A stretch of 64,000 nt of DNA from Alphaproteobacteria bacterium (lineage in GTDB: Bacteria > Pseudomonadota > Alphaproteobacteria > GCA-2731375): assembly GCA_965225945.1 (NCBI GenBank), contig CBDDBZ010000024.1:1-64000 (forward strand), written 5' to 3'. A program made the translations under genes and the position numbers. Positions within the stretch are counted from its first letter, which is position 1. Each line of letters opens with the position of its first letter. A model generated the notes under the pieces. It had not been told where the DNA came from and made no database searches. It was given only the letters and a program-made list of their open reading frames with translations. Below, piece after piece: positions 47,132 through 57,364 of the stretch.

Positions 47132-48457
47132 TCAGGCGGAAAAGTCGGCTGTGCTAACGAGCCATGTCGCGATCTGGGGAAAGGCGATGACCAATGCCAA
47201 AACGGCCAGCATGGCGATCACGAACGGCAGCGCGCCGATGTAGATGTCCAAGATCCCTCGACCGGGGTCGGCATTGGCGGCTCGCATTCTGACCCCTTGC
47301 AAGACGAACAGGTTCATGCCGACCGGGGGCGTGATCAGCGACAACTCGAGCAAGATGACCATGACGATGCCGAACCACACCAGATCGACGTCGAGCGCGA
47401 TCAGCATGGGGAGGATGATGGGGAGCGTGGTCACCATCATCGCGAAGCTTTCCATCATCATGCCGAGGATGACGTAGAGCACGCACAGGAACAGGATCAG
47501 CTCGAGCTGAGAAAGCCCGAGGCCGATGACCCAACGCGACAGCATGATCGGCAGTCCCAGCAGAGCCAGAGTGTTCTGCAGCAGGAAGGCGCCGATCAGG
47601 ATGAACATCACCATCCCGGTGCTGCTGGCGGTGGAGAGAAACGTGTCCCTCAGCATTCGTAGATTGACCTTCCGGTTCGCGAGCGCGAACAGGAAAGCCC
47701 CACAAACCCCGAACGCGGCGGCCTCGATGGCGGTGGCGATACCGAGATAGATCGTGCCCAGCACCAGGAAGATCAGCACGAACACCGGCAACAGCGCAAA
47801 CAGGCTGAGAAACCGGTCGCGCCAGGTGACGATTTCGACCGGCTGCGGGGCCATTTCGGGGCGAACCTTGGCGAACACGAAGATGACCCCCATGAAGCTC
47901 AACATCATGACCAGGCCCGGAATTACGCCGGCGATATAGAGCCGCCCGATGGAGGTTTCCGCGAGCAGGCCATAGACGATCAAGATGATGCTCGGCGGGA
48001 TCAGGATCCCCAGGGTTCCGCCCGCCGCGAGGGAACCGAGCGCCAGCCGAATGTTGTAGCCGTGTGCCCGCATCGAAGGCAGCGAGACCGCCCCGATCGT
48101 GGTCGCGGTGGCGACGCTGGAGCCGGAGATCGCGGCGAACAGGCCGCAGGCCCCGATGTTGGTGTGCAGCAGGCCTCCGGGCAACCGGTTCAACCATTTG
48201 GCCAAGGTCTGATACATCGCGTCGGTGACGCCGCTGCGGAGCAGGATGTCGCCCATGAGCAGAAACAAGGGCACGACGGCGATGGAAATGCTGCTGTTCA
48301 CGGCCCATGGGATATGCGCGTAGAAACCCCAGATCGGAGAGTCTATGAATACGCTACCTACCGTCATCGCGGTTATACCGAGCGCGACAGCGACGTAGAA
48401 GCCGAGGGCGAACGCGACGAGCAGGGTGAGTATGATGACGGTGAGGATGCCGAGCAC
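47132..48457 (-). CDS. dctM: TRAP transporter large permease
   Basis: AISGSSVAT, GTLGILIPPS, LITPPVGMNLFV. Confidence 0.92.
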   Translation of the reverse strand: MLGILTVIILTLLVAFALGFYVAVALGITAMTVGSVFIDSPIWGFYAHIPWAVNSSISIAVVPLFLLMGDILLRSGVTDAMYQTLAKWLNRLPGGLLHTNIGACGLFAAISGSSVATATTIGAVSLPSMRAHGYNIRLALGSLAAGGTLGILIPPSIILIVYGLLAETSIGRLYIAGVIPGLVMMLSFMGVIFVFAKVRPEMAPQPVEIVTWRDRFLSLFALLPVFVLIFLVLGTIYLGIATAIEAAAFGVCGAFLFALANRKVNLRMLRDTFLSTASSTGMVMFILIGAFLLQNTLALLGLPIMLSRWVIGLGLSQLELILFLCVLYVILGMMMESFAMMVTTLPIILPMLIALDVDLVWFGIVMVILLELSLITPPVGMNLFVLQGVRMRAANADPGRGILDIYIGALPFVIAMLAVLALVIAFPQIATWLVSTADFSA

Positions 48458-48460
48458 GGC

Positions 48461-49039
48461 TCAATCGTCCCTCTGCTGGGCCAAGGGATCGACCGGTCGC
48501 ATGACGGCGGCCCCGGCGACGAACCGGAACCCACCCGCGATGAGCATGACGATCGCTTGGGCCGTGAGCATCGTGAAACCGATAGCGGTCAGCGATTGCG
48601 CATATACGAGCGGCTGCGCGAGCATGGAATACGCGGTGGCGTCCAGGATGTAGGATTCGTAGGAGAGATGCCAAGTGTTGGCGGACAGCACCGCGGCCAG
48701 CACCACCGCCATCGCGATCGTCAAGAGGTTCAGGATCTCGCGCAAACGGGCCGGATAGAGCGGCATAATGACATCGATGCGAACATGGGCCCCCCGCGCG
48801 AGCGCGAAGGCCATGGCCCAGGTGCCGCCGAAGGCCAGGACTTGACCCGCGATCTCATCGCTGACCCCGGTGAAGGGCCCCCCGAGGCGGCGGCTCGCCG
48901 CATCTATCATCATGTAGAACGCCAGGGGCAAGAAGGCGGCGCCGGCCGCGACCGCCATCATCGTCGTGATGCGGCTTGTCACGTGCTCCACACGCTCGAC
49001 AATCACGGGGATGGCTCTATCCGAGCGTTCAACCTGCAT
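48461..49039 (-). CDS. dctQ: TRAP transporter small permease
   Basis: 4 TM helices, GAHVRID. Confidence 0.88.
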   Translation of the reverse strand: MQVERSDRAIPVIVERVEHVTSRITTMMAVAAGAAFLPLAFYMMIDAASRRLGGPFTGVSDEIAGQVLAFGGTWAMAFALARGAHVRIDVIMPLYPARLREILNLLTIAMAVVLAAVLSANTWHLSYESYILDATAYSMLAQPLVYAQSLTAIGFTMLTAQAIVMLIAGGFRFVAGAAVMRPVDPLAQQRDD

Positions 49040-49200
49040 GCGAACGCACCTCCTCCTGAGACCGACGCGAGAGCGCTTAGGGCGCCACGGCCGGACGAGG
49101 AATCAGCTCAACGGGGTTATTGGCCGAGCGGGCCGGAAGCGACATGTGGCGTTGTCGCCATCCGGCTGCTCAACTGATGGATAACTGTCCCGCTAAAGCG

Positions 49201-50250
49201 CTACTCGACTTTGTGCCCGGTGATCGGCGCGACATGCTTTTTGAAGGCCTCCCGCCCTTCAGCGCCGACCCGATCGAACCACCAGGGCAGGATGACCTCG
49301 CTGGTGAGCTTCTCGAATGTCGGAGCCCACTCGGGCTTCGCCGGAATGGTCAGCGTCATGCCCTTCTCCTTGGCCAGCGCGACGCCGACCCGGTTGTTCT
49401 CAAAGCCGCCACCCCAAGCCACTTTCTTCATCTCGGGCACCGCGGCGAGGATCGCCTTGCGGGCCTTTTCGGACAACTTGTCCCAGCTCCTTTTGCTCAC
49501 CACGACGTAGCCGACCGCGCCGGCGGTTCCGATGGCCGTCATGTGCGGGGCAACCTCCCACATGCTCAATCCCTTGACCTGGTCCGGACCGGTGATCAGG
49601 CTATCGATCACGCCCCGCTGCAAGGCACTGTAAACCTCGTTCATCACGATGTTGAGCGGTTCTCCGCCGAGCGCCTTGACCCATTGCGCGAGGCCCGGCG
49701 AATAGACACGGACCTTGTGGCCCTTGATGTCCGCCAAGCTGTTCACCGGATACTTGCTGTACAGGAAGGAGGCATTCCAATAAAAGTTGGAAAGGACCTT
49801 GCCACCCATTATGTCCTCGCGCGGCGCCACGATGTTTTGCAGCCACGCCTCGGCCACCTCCTGCTGCTGTTCCGGGCTCGTCGTGACACCCGCGAGGTCG
49901 GTCGCTTCGATCAGCGGGAAGTCGCCGGCGACGTAGGACGAGGTGACATCCGCGATATCGATCAGGCCGGCCCTCATGATGCGCAACATTTCGGTTCCGC
50001 CGATACCGATCTCGCCATACGTCAGGGTCTCCAAGCTCACCTCGCCATCGGTGATCTCGGGAAGCCGCTTCTCCAACCACCGCCAGAGGTTGTAGTGCGC
50101 CCCGACGCGATGGGCGGCCACACCCCGCCACTTGACCTTGTCCTGCGCCGACGCCTCGGGAACGAGGGACAGACGATCGCCGCTCAACGGGGACAGGAAT
50201 ACCGCAAGCAACGTGACCGCGATGGCGATCATCCATTTTCTTCTATACAT
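49201..50250 (-). CDS. dctP: TRAP substrate-binding protein
   Basis: signal peptide, DIKGHKVRV, EVYSALQRGVID. Confidence 0.9.
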   Translation of the reverse strand: MYRRKWMIAIAVTLLAVFLSPLSGDRLSLVPEASAQDKVKWRGVAAHRVGAHYNLWRWLEKRLPEITDGEVSLETLTYGEIGIGGTEMLRIMRAGLIDIADVTSSYVAGDFPLIEATDLAGVTTSPEQQQEVAEAWLQNIVAPREDIMGGKVLSNFYWNASFLYSKYPVNSLADIKGHKVRVYSPGLAQWVKALGGEPLNIVMNEVYSALQRGVIDSLITGPDQVKGLSMWEVAPHMTAIGTAGAVGYVVVSKRSWDKLSEKARKAILAAVPEMKKVAWGGGFENNRVGVALAKEKGMTLTIPAKPEWAPTFEKLTSEVILPWWFDRVGAEGREAFKKHVAPITGHKVE

Positions 50251-50479
50251 GACGCTCCTCCAGGGGTTCGTTTCGATTTTCTCGCCACCCGAGCATTATG
50301 CGTGAAGGGTAGCCGCGAGGCAAAGCTAGCGCCTCCTATGATACCGCTGTCAAGTTGGCTGCTAGCATCGGGTATGCCTGCATGGTGGCGGTCTTCGTCT
50401 TCGCCAAGGACCCTGATGTTCGGCCTGCGGGAATTTCCGACCTGATCACGCCTCGCCTCGACGGCCCCGTACGCTCGAG

Positions 50480-50640
50480 CGCTGGCGGCTGGTCGTCACG
50501 GTCGATGTTGATCGCCTGGCCGATAATATTGCGGCCCGAGGGTGAGGCGGAGAAGCAAATGATCCAGTGAATTATGTGACCGCCGACGACTTCGCCGATC
50601 AGGTCGTGCCATTTGGCGAGCGCGACCTGGGCGGCATCGA
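50480..50640 (-). pseudogene. degraded C-terminal remnant of an SDR oxidoreductase
   Basis: ICFSASPSGRNIIGQAINID resembles SDR C-termini; limits approximate. Confidence 0.4.
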
Positions 50641-50815
50641 CAATCGTTTCCACCGCTCCCAAAATTTCGGCGCCACCCTCAGTTCGCCCATGGTCGGTAA
50701 AGACGAAAGCGCTTTGGGCGTGGCGCTCGTCGCCATGGCGAACACGGGCAAGAACATCCTCGCCCGGAGCACGCGACGACGTCGCGCGCGCATGGCCTCG
50801 ATCCTCCTCGAAGCG

Positions 50816-51829
50816 TCAATCCCAAACCCGCTCCCACCGCCTGGTCTCGGCCGAGCGGTGGATCGCCAGCGCCGCGCGCAGTTCGCCGAGCGAATATTCC
50901 GCGCTCGCCTCCAGCGGCTTGCCGTCGAGCACCGCCCGGGCGAAGTCCTCCAGCTCGGGCGCGAAGGATTTCGTGTAGCCTCGAGGCCCGCCCACCCGCA
51001 AGCCATCGGGACTCGCGCCCTCGAACAGCACGACGCCTCGGGTGCAGCCGTGGTCGATGACGATTTCGCCCTCGGTGCCGGTGATCCGCCACCAGGGGTC
51101 CGGCTCGTTGACGGAGGTGTGGCGAAGCGCGTGGAAGGTGGCGGTCGAGCCGGACTCGAAGGCCAAGATCACGTCCGCGAGCGATTCCCCCTCCATGGCG
51201 CCGAAGGGATGGCCGACGACGGCGACCACCTCCTCGATCTCGCCCATCCACATACGCAGCGGCCTCAGCCAGTGCGAACCGCCGTCGATCACGATGCCGC
51301 CGCCCATGCGCGCGCGCTCCTCGCGCCAGGGCTCCTTGGCGAGCGAGGGGAGCTTGGTCGGATCCAGCACGTAGTTGGCGCGCGCGGTGACGACCTCGCC
51401 GATGCGGCCCTCGCGGACGAGCTCTCGCGCGGTGACGATCTCGGGCCAGTACTGGGCGTTCTCGGCGACCATGAAGACGGTGCCGGCCGTCCGCGCCGCC
51501 GCCAGCATCCGTTCGCAGGCATCCAGCGTCGCGGCCATCGGCTTTTCCAGCAGCACGTGCTTGGCGGCCTCGAGCGCCTGGATCGTCAGCCCTTCGTGCA
51601 AGTCGTGGGGCAGCATGAGGTCGACGGCATCGAACGGTACGCCTTCGATCGCGTCGTCCAGCGAGGTGAAGGCGGCGGCCCCGGTCTCGGCCGCGACCGC
51701 CTGGGCGCGTTCCAGAACAGGATCGACCGTGGCCACGATACGGATGCGCGGGACCTCGCGAAGGGCGGCCAGGTGATGGGCGGCGATGCCACCGCAGCCG
51801 ACCAAGGCGAGCGTCAGTTGCGAAGCCAT
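50816..51829 (-). CDS. Gfo/Idh/MocA oxidoreductase
   Basis: VGCGGIA, HVLLEKPMA, GGIVIDGGSH. Confidence 0.9.
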   Translation of the reverse strand: MASQLTLALVGCGGIAAHHLAALREVPRIRIVATVDPVLERAQAVAAETGAAAFTSLDDAIEGVPFDAVDLMLPHDLHEGLTIQALEAAKHVLLEKPMAATLDACERMLAAARTAGTVFMVAENAQYWPEIVTARELVREGRIGEVVTARANYVLDPTKLPSLAKEPWREERARMGGGIVIDGGSHWLRPLRMWMGEIEEVVAVVGHPFGAMEGESLADVILAFESGSTATFHALRHTSVNEPDPWWRITGTEGEIVIDHGCTRGVVLFEGASPDGLRVGGPRGYTKSFAPELEDFARAVLDGKPLEASAEYSLGELRAALAIHRSAETRRWERVWD

Positions 51830-51925
51830 GTGCGTTTCTCCCTCTCCCCGCCTGCGATGCTAAATCATCCCACGGTCTTACAAAACGTCGCGGAGCCAAG
51901 GGACGGCGCGGCGCGCCCGACCGAT

Positions 51926-52960
51926 CTACGCCGACAACTCGAGCATCACCTTCATCGCGTCGTCGGCCTTGGTGTCGGCCAGCTCGAAGCCGCGCCGGAT
52001 ATCGCCCAGCGGCAGGACGTGGCTGACCATGGCGTCGGCCCGGACCTTCCTCGAGGCGATCAGGTCCAGGGCGGTTTCATAGTTGCCCGTGCTGTATCCG
52101 GAGGTGCCGATCAACGAGATCTCGGGATTGCTGACCGCGTTGGAATCGAAGCTCAGCGGTCCATCGAAGATCGCCACGAGGATGATGCGGCCCTGCCGGT
52201 TCACGGCCCGGAGCGCCTCCTCCATCAAGGCGGGCACGCCGACCGTCATGAAGACCACATCCACGCCCTCGCCGTCGCACAAGGCCTTGATCTCGTCGAC
52301 AATCGAGCGGCCATCGGCGAGCACGCCGTGGGTCGCGCCCAAGTGGCGAGTGGCGGTATCTAGGCAGTGCGGCTGGCGATCCACGCAGATGATCTGTGCC
52401 GCCTCCGCCCGGCTGGCGGCCGCCGCGACGGCCATTCCGATCGGTCCCGTGCCGATGATCGCCACGTTCTCGCCGGCTCGGACACCGGCGCGCTCGACGG
52501 ATCGCACGCCGACCGCCAAGGTCTCGATCAGCGCGCCTTCGACGTAGGAGAGGTGGTCCGGAAGGTGGTATGCGCCCCGGGCGGGCGCGGTGACGATCTC
52601 GCCGAAGCCGCCCGGCCAGTCGGGCGTGCCCATCACCGTTCTGGCGGGGCAGATCTGAGATTCGCCCGCGCGGCACCAGCGGCAATCGCCACAGGTCCGA
52701 TACGGCAGGAGGGCGACGCGGTCCCCCGGCGCGAAGCCGGTGACGTCGGCGCCCACCTCGACCACCCGGCCGGCGAGCTCGTGCCCCATGATCGACGGCG
52801 GCTTGCGAAACGGGTGCGTCCCCTTGAAGGCGTGCACTTCCGAGCCGCATATCCCGGTGGCACCCACCTCGATCAGAAGATCGTCCGCCTTGTCGAGGCG
52901 GGGCGCCGCCGTCTCGATGATCCTCAGTTTTCCGATCGCTTCGAGCAGGGCCGCCTTCAT
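51926..52960 (-). CDS. zinc-dependent (MDR) dehydrogenase
   Basis: GICGSE, GHE, CGDCRWC, GTGPIG. Confidence 0.9.
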   Translation of the reverse strand: MKAALLEAIGKLRIIETAAPRLDKADDLLIEVGATGICGSEVHAFKGTHPFRKPPSIMGHELAGRVVEVGADVTGFAPGDRVALLPYRTCGDCRWCRAGESQICPARTVMGTPDWPGGFGEIVTAPARGAYHLPDHLSYVEGALIETLAVGVRSVERAGVRAGENVAIIGTGPIGMAVAAAASRAEAAQIICVDRQPHCLDTATRHLGATHGVLADGRSIVDEIKALCDGEGVDVVFMTVGVPALMEEALRAVNRQGRIILVAIFDGPLSFDSNAVSNPEISLIGTSGYSTGNYETALDLIASRKVRADAMVSHVLPLGDIRRGFELADTKADDAMKVMLELSA

Positions 52961-53076
52961 CGTCTTCGTCCTCGCCGAATTGCCGGCGTTTGGGGGTCCG
53001 TCATCCCTCTGGCGCGCCCGCGGGCATTCAACTCGAGCCAGCTTGGCGGCGCTCCAACGGCTTGCTTTTCGAGCCG

Positions 53077-53220
53077 TCACCGTTGGGGTTGGAGCACCGC
53101 TTCGACGCCGGCAATCGCCGTACGATGCATGACCCGCCGCCGGGATGCCGGATCATAGGGCATGACCAGATGCATGGTCCAGGTGTTGTCCCCCATCGGA
53201 ACGTCGTGATCCTCGTTGCC
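53077..53220 (-). pseudogene. C-terminal remnant of a TauD-like dioxygenase
   Basis: MGDNTWTMHLVMPYDPASRRRVMHRTAIAG resembles the WDN..TMH...RVMHRT end of TauD proteins. Confidence 0.5.
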
Positions 53221-53295
53221 TTCGAGTGCGAGATCGTCCCGAGCCGCGCAACGCAATTGCGGGAAAACATCGCTCCGCGCCACGAAGCGGCAGTC
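53202..53295 (+). repeat. 94-bp dispersed repeat, copy 2
   Basis: aligns without gaps to 44847-44940 with about a dozen mismatches. Confidence 0.85.
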
Positions 53296-53419
53296 GGCGA
53301 TGGGGAGGAGCCATCCGGAGAATCCCGGATTAGGCCGGCGCGACCTTGTCAGCGCGCGGCGCTTTGCTAGTCTCCGCCCGCAAGCCGCCTTTTTTGGCAT
53401 CCGAATTCGGGAGGGAACC

Positions 53420-53743
53420 ATGCTGCTCGACGTCCGCACCTACACCTGCCGCCCCGGCACCATCAAGAAGCACCTGGAGCTTTACGAGAAGATGGGCAAG
53501 GGGCCGCAGAGCCGCAATCTGGGCCAGCCGCTGGCCTATCTCGTCACCGAGACCGGCGATCCCAACCAATACGTCCACATCTGGGTCTACGAGAACGCCG
53601 GTGACCGCGAGACCAAGCGCACCGCCATGCAGGCCGACCCGGAATGGCTCGCCTATACCCAAGAGAGCGCCAAGCTCGGCGCGCTGGTCAAACAAGAAAA
53701 CAAGCTGATGCGGCCGGTCGACTTCTACCCGATCGCGCGGTGA
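53420..53743 (+). CDS. NIPSNAP family protein
   Basis: DVRTYTCRPG, YVHIWVYE, ADPEW; GAGGGA RBS. Confidence 0.9.
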   Translation: MLLDVRTYTCRPGTIKKHLELYEKMGKGPQSRNLGQPLAYLVTETGDPNQYVHIWVYENAGDRETKRTAMQADPEWLAYTQESAKLGALVKQENKLMRPVDFYPIAR

Positions 53744-54247
53744 GGGAGGTGCTGCGGCGCGCGCGCGATCGCCGCGCCGCCACCGCCACCTTCCGGGTGG
53801 ACGCGGGGCGCTGGGGTGAGTTCACGCCGCGGCGAGGGCTGGCATGTCGGCTATCGGGGGTAGACTCCCCGTCGGGCCGGGGGGGGGCCGATTCGGTCAT
53901 TGATAGCCACGAATTGACATTCCGTTGTTCTGAACTGAAGGCCGCATCCCCGCAGCCGCATCGCAATTGCAACCGTCGTTCGACTGGCTGCTGCGATCAA
54001 GCATCACTCAGAATGCCCAGCCGGCGCAAAAGCGGATAGCGACGATCGATGATCTCGCGCAGCGTCGATTCCTTGATGCGAAACCGGCCACTGCGCGCCA
54101 AGTGGTGGACAACGCTGCGCGAGGTCAAGCGGTGATTGGGAGCAACCAACGCCGCGGCCTCTGCAAGCGCGGCCTCCAGCTCCTGCCTCAGGGCCAGCCG
54201 AAGCCGCTGCTGTCTCGGGTACAGTCAAGGCAACTGGATCAGGGTGT

Positions 54248-55156
54248 TCAGGTCGCTGGCAGGACCCCAGGGGGAAGCGCCGCGCAGTGGCGCGCGATCT
54301 CACCGGGTCGCGTGAACCATACCCGCTCACGATGCGGGTGCTCGGCGCAATGCGCCAGAGCCGTGCGCAACACGCGCAAGCGAAACGGCTGGCCGACGAT
54401 GTAAGGGTGCAGCGCGATTGCGCAAACTAGCGGTCTGTCAACGCACTGCCGAACCATTTCGTCGAACTGGTTGACGATCATGTCGGCAAAGTCACGCGCA
54501 CTATGGTGTCGGTGCAGCTGTGCGGTAAAGTCGTTGAGCTCCAGCGGATAAGGAACCGCCAAGATTCGACCGGAGCGGGTCTTCAACCAAATCGGCTGAT
54601 CGTCGGCCGGCCAGTCGAGCAAATATTGATACTGAGCTTCCTGCAATAAATCTGGCGTCACCGCCGTTTCGGACAAGCTCGGGCTCAACCAGCCAGCTGG
54701 CAGGGTGCCGCTTCCCTGCGCAATCGTATCGGTTACGGTGCGGATAAGATTGTCTTCGTCCTCTGTCCACATACCCCGCTGCAACTCGGAACTGGTCCGG
54801 CCATGGGCGATGATCTCGTCCCCCCGCGCGACAATGCGGGCCGCGATCCGCGGTTGCGAACGAAATATCAGACTGTTGACCGTAAAAGCAACGGGCAGCC
54901 GCAATCCGTCGAGCATCGCAACCAAATTCCACAATCCGACACGGTGACCGTAGTCTCGCCAACCATAGTTTCGTTCGAGCTTCCACCCGCTCCACTGGCT
55001 CTGGCCGCTCGACCGGTCTTCGGCGACTCCGGTGCCGAATGCGAAATGCTCAACCGCTACTGAAACATAGAACGCCAGCCGTTTGTTTCCCGGCCAGGAG
55101 TAATCCGGGCGTCGGTCGATGACTGAGTAATCGTAACGGCCGTGGTGTGGGAGCAT
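54248..55156 (-). CDS. polysaccharide deacetylase family protein (PuuE-like)
   Basis: WRDYGHRVG, AHGRT, GWLSP, LHPYIVGQPFR. Confidence 0.88.
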   Translation of the reverse strand: MLPHHGRYDYSVIDRRPDYSWPGNKRLAFYVSVAVEHFAFGTGVAEDRSSGQSQWSGWKLERNYGWRDYGHRVGLWNLVAMLDGLRLPVAFTVNSLIFRSQPRIAARIVARGDEIIAHGRTSSELQRGMWTEDEDNLIRTVTDTIAQGSGTLPAGWLSPSLSETAVTPDLLQEAQYQYLLDWPADDQPIWLKTRSGRILAVPYPLELNDFTAQLHRHHSARDFADMIVNQFDEMVRQCVDRPLVCAIALHPYIVGQPFRLRVLRTALAHCAEHPHRERVWFTRPGEIARHCAALPPGVLPAT

Positions 55157-55159
55157 GGG

Positions 55160-55785
55160 TCAACTTCCTGGCACAACACCCGCTGGCAACGCAGTGACAT
55201 GTCGTGCGATCGCACGGGGATGAGCGAACCAGATAAGATCGCGCTGCGAATGATGGGCAATGTGCGCGAGCGCGTCGCGGACCAGCTTTAGCCGGAATGG
55301 CTGCCCGACCGTCATGGGGTGCATCGCAACCGCGCAGACGAGAGGCCGCTCGGTGCATTGTTCGATCATTTCATCGAACTGGTCGACGATCATATCAGCG
55401 AATTCACGTGCGCCCTGATGCCGAAACAGAATTGCGATTGAGTCGTTGACCTCCAACGGATATGGGACAGACAGGATCCGACCGCTACGCGTCTTCATCC
55501 AGAACGGTTGATCGTCGGCGCACCAATCCATGATGTACTCGTAGCCGGCCTCCTGAAGGAGATCGATGGTAACGTCACTATTGGACATCCCGGGGCCCAT
55601 CCATCCGCGTGGAGGGTTGCCCTCATGACGTTCGATGGTCTCCGTGACGGAGGCGATCATTCGCGCCTCGTCCTCGGCCCACATCGAGCCTTGATGCTCA
55701 GACTGGGTGCGACCATGACCGATCACTTCATCGCCGCGCGCGCGAACACGTTCCATGATCTCGGGACACTACTCGTAGATCAGAC
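55160..55785 (-). pseudogene. 3' half of a second PuuE-like deacetylase split by the composite transposon
   Basis: continues NASSLI from 61170-61451 as YE*CPEIMERVRARGDE; GHGRT, MHPMTVGQPFR; in-frame TAG at 55769-55771. Confidence 0.9.
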
Positions 55786-56540
55786 CTTGCCTATCCGGTT
55801 ATCACCCACACCCACTATATGTAGTGTGCACCCATTTTCCTGAGTAAAGCTCGGTGCAGGTCGAAGCGGAGATATCTCCGGCGATGCCGAGCAGGGACTC
55901 GGACGGCATTGTAGCGCCTTTTAGGCGACACTTTAGCGTGGTGGAAATCCTAATCATTGAGTCGGATTTGGCAAAACGCCACGTTGCATAAAGGACCGTC
56001 ACTTCATTGAAATTTATCTGAAATCGGAGGTGAACGACACCGATGGAATATTCCAGGAAATCAGAGCTTCATTGAATTGTAGGATTCGAGTGCCGGATTA
56101 TTCACAAATAGCTCTGTGAACTGGTTTTCAAGTTCGCTCAATACGTCATATGAAGTAAACGGATTGAGGATCACGTTCTTGCGTGTCGCTTCGTCTTCGC
56201 TGCGACTCAAAACGCGCAGGAGACTAACAGGCGCGGACGGGTTCTTCGCAACGATTCGTGCCAGCGCGTCGCTTTCTTCGACTAGTGCCGTCAATCGCTC
56301 AGACGATGTCGTTTCATCAGCAGCTTCCCGTCTGGCCGTGGGTTTCTTCGTTTTTCCCTTGGTCGCCACCGTTCCGTCCCCCGATGTTAAGTACGTGACG
56401 TGAATTAAACTCCGGTTCGGTTTTCAGAACAATCAAGAATTAGCCGGATCGCCTCCTCAATGCGCCTGCGCCGGCCCTTGCCTGCAGTCCAAGGAGACAC
56501 ACTACATATAGTGGGTGTGGGTGATAACCGGATAGGCAAG
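55786..56540 (-). mobile_element. LRV cassette copy 2 (755 bp)
   Basis: 43-bp TIRs at 55786-55828 and 56498-56540. Confidence 0.95.
56061..56369 (-). CDS. LRV passenger protein, copy 2
   Basis: translation identical to 21568-21876. Confidence 0.75.
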   Translation of the reverse strand: MATKGKTKKPTARREAADETTSSERLTALVEESDALARIVAKNPSAPVSLLRVLSRSEDEATRKNVILNPFTSYDVLSELENQFTELFVNNPALESYNSMKL

Positions 56541-56541
56541 C

Positions 56542-57364
56542 GTGAACCATCAAGCCGACGCCACGACGCCGACCGCGGGCGGCGCCAAGGTCCGCTACAT
56601 CAACGCGGAATGGCGGAACCGGGAGGACAGCCCGCGCATCGGCTCACGCGAGAGCCGGCGCGCCATGACCTCGTTCCAGGACGTGCTGGTGCACGACGTC
56701 AGGGCCGAATTCCAGGCGGGCCAGATCGATCTCGACCGCTCGGGCTTCACGCTGTGCGAGAACCTCACCGAATGCGGCGACTTCCGCGACGACGCGGTGA
56801 TCGAGGCGCAATACTATCCCGAGATGATCGACCTCGTCCGGCGGATGAGCGGCGCCGACCACGTCTTCGTCAGAGCGCACCTCGTACGCACCGAAATACC
56901 CACCGATTTCAACGACGGCTACGCGCGCTTCGTCCACTGCGACTTACAACATCCGGCTGATCGAGGAATTGGCGCATGAATTGCTGGCGCGATACGACGT
57001 CGAGGCGAAGCCGAACTGGACTTACGCCTGGTACAACACCTGGCAGCCCTTCGATCATCAGGTGCAGAAAAATCCGCTCGCCGTGATCGACTGGCAAAGC
57101 CTGCCCCTCGAGGACGTGATCGACTACTATTATACTGGCCGCGGCCTCGACAGCCTGACCGCGGCGCCCGTCTACAGCCCCGACCATCGGTTCGATCCCG
57201 GGGATGGAGACGACCGAGACACTGGTGATCAAGCAGTCGACGCGCGGCCCGGCCGGGCGGCGTATTGCCCGCACACTTCCTTCGATCTGCCCGGCAGCGA
57301 CGACTTGTTGCCCCGGCGCAGCATCGAAACTCGGTTCCTCGCCGTCTTCGAGGACGCCGCTTAA
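56542..57364 (+). pseudogene. CmcJ/NvfI-like oxidoreductase, frameshifted
   Basis: LDRSGF, YYPE, FVHCD, NPLAVID, PHTSF, RRSIETR; shift near 56944 and a compensating pair near 57195-57237. Confidence 0.75.
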
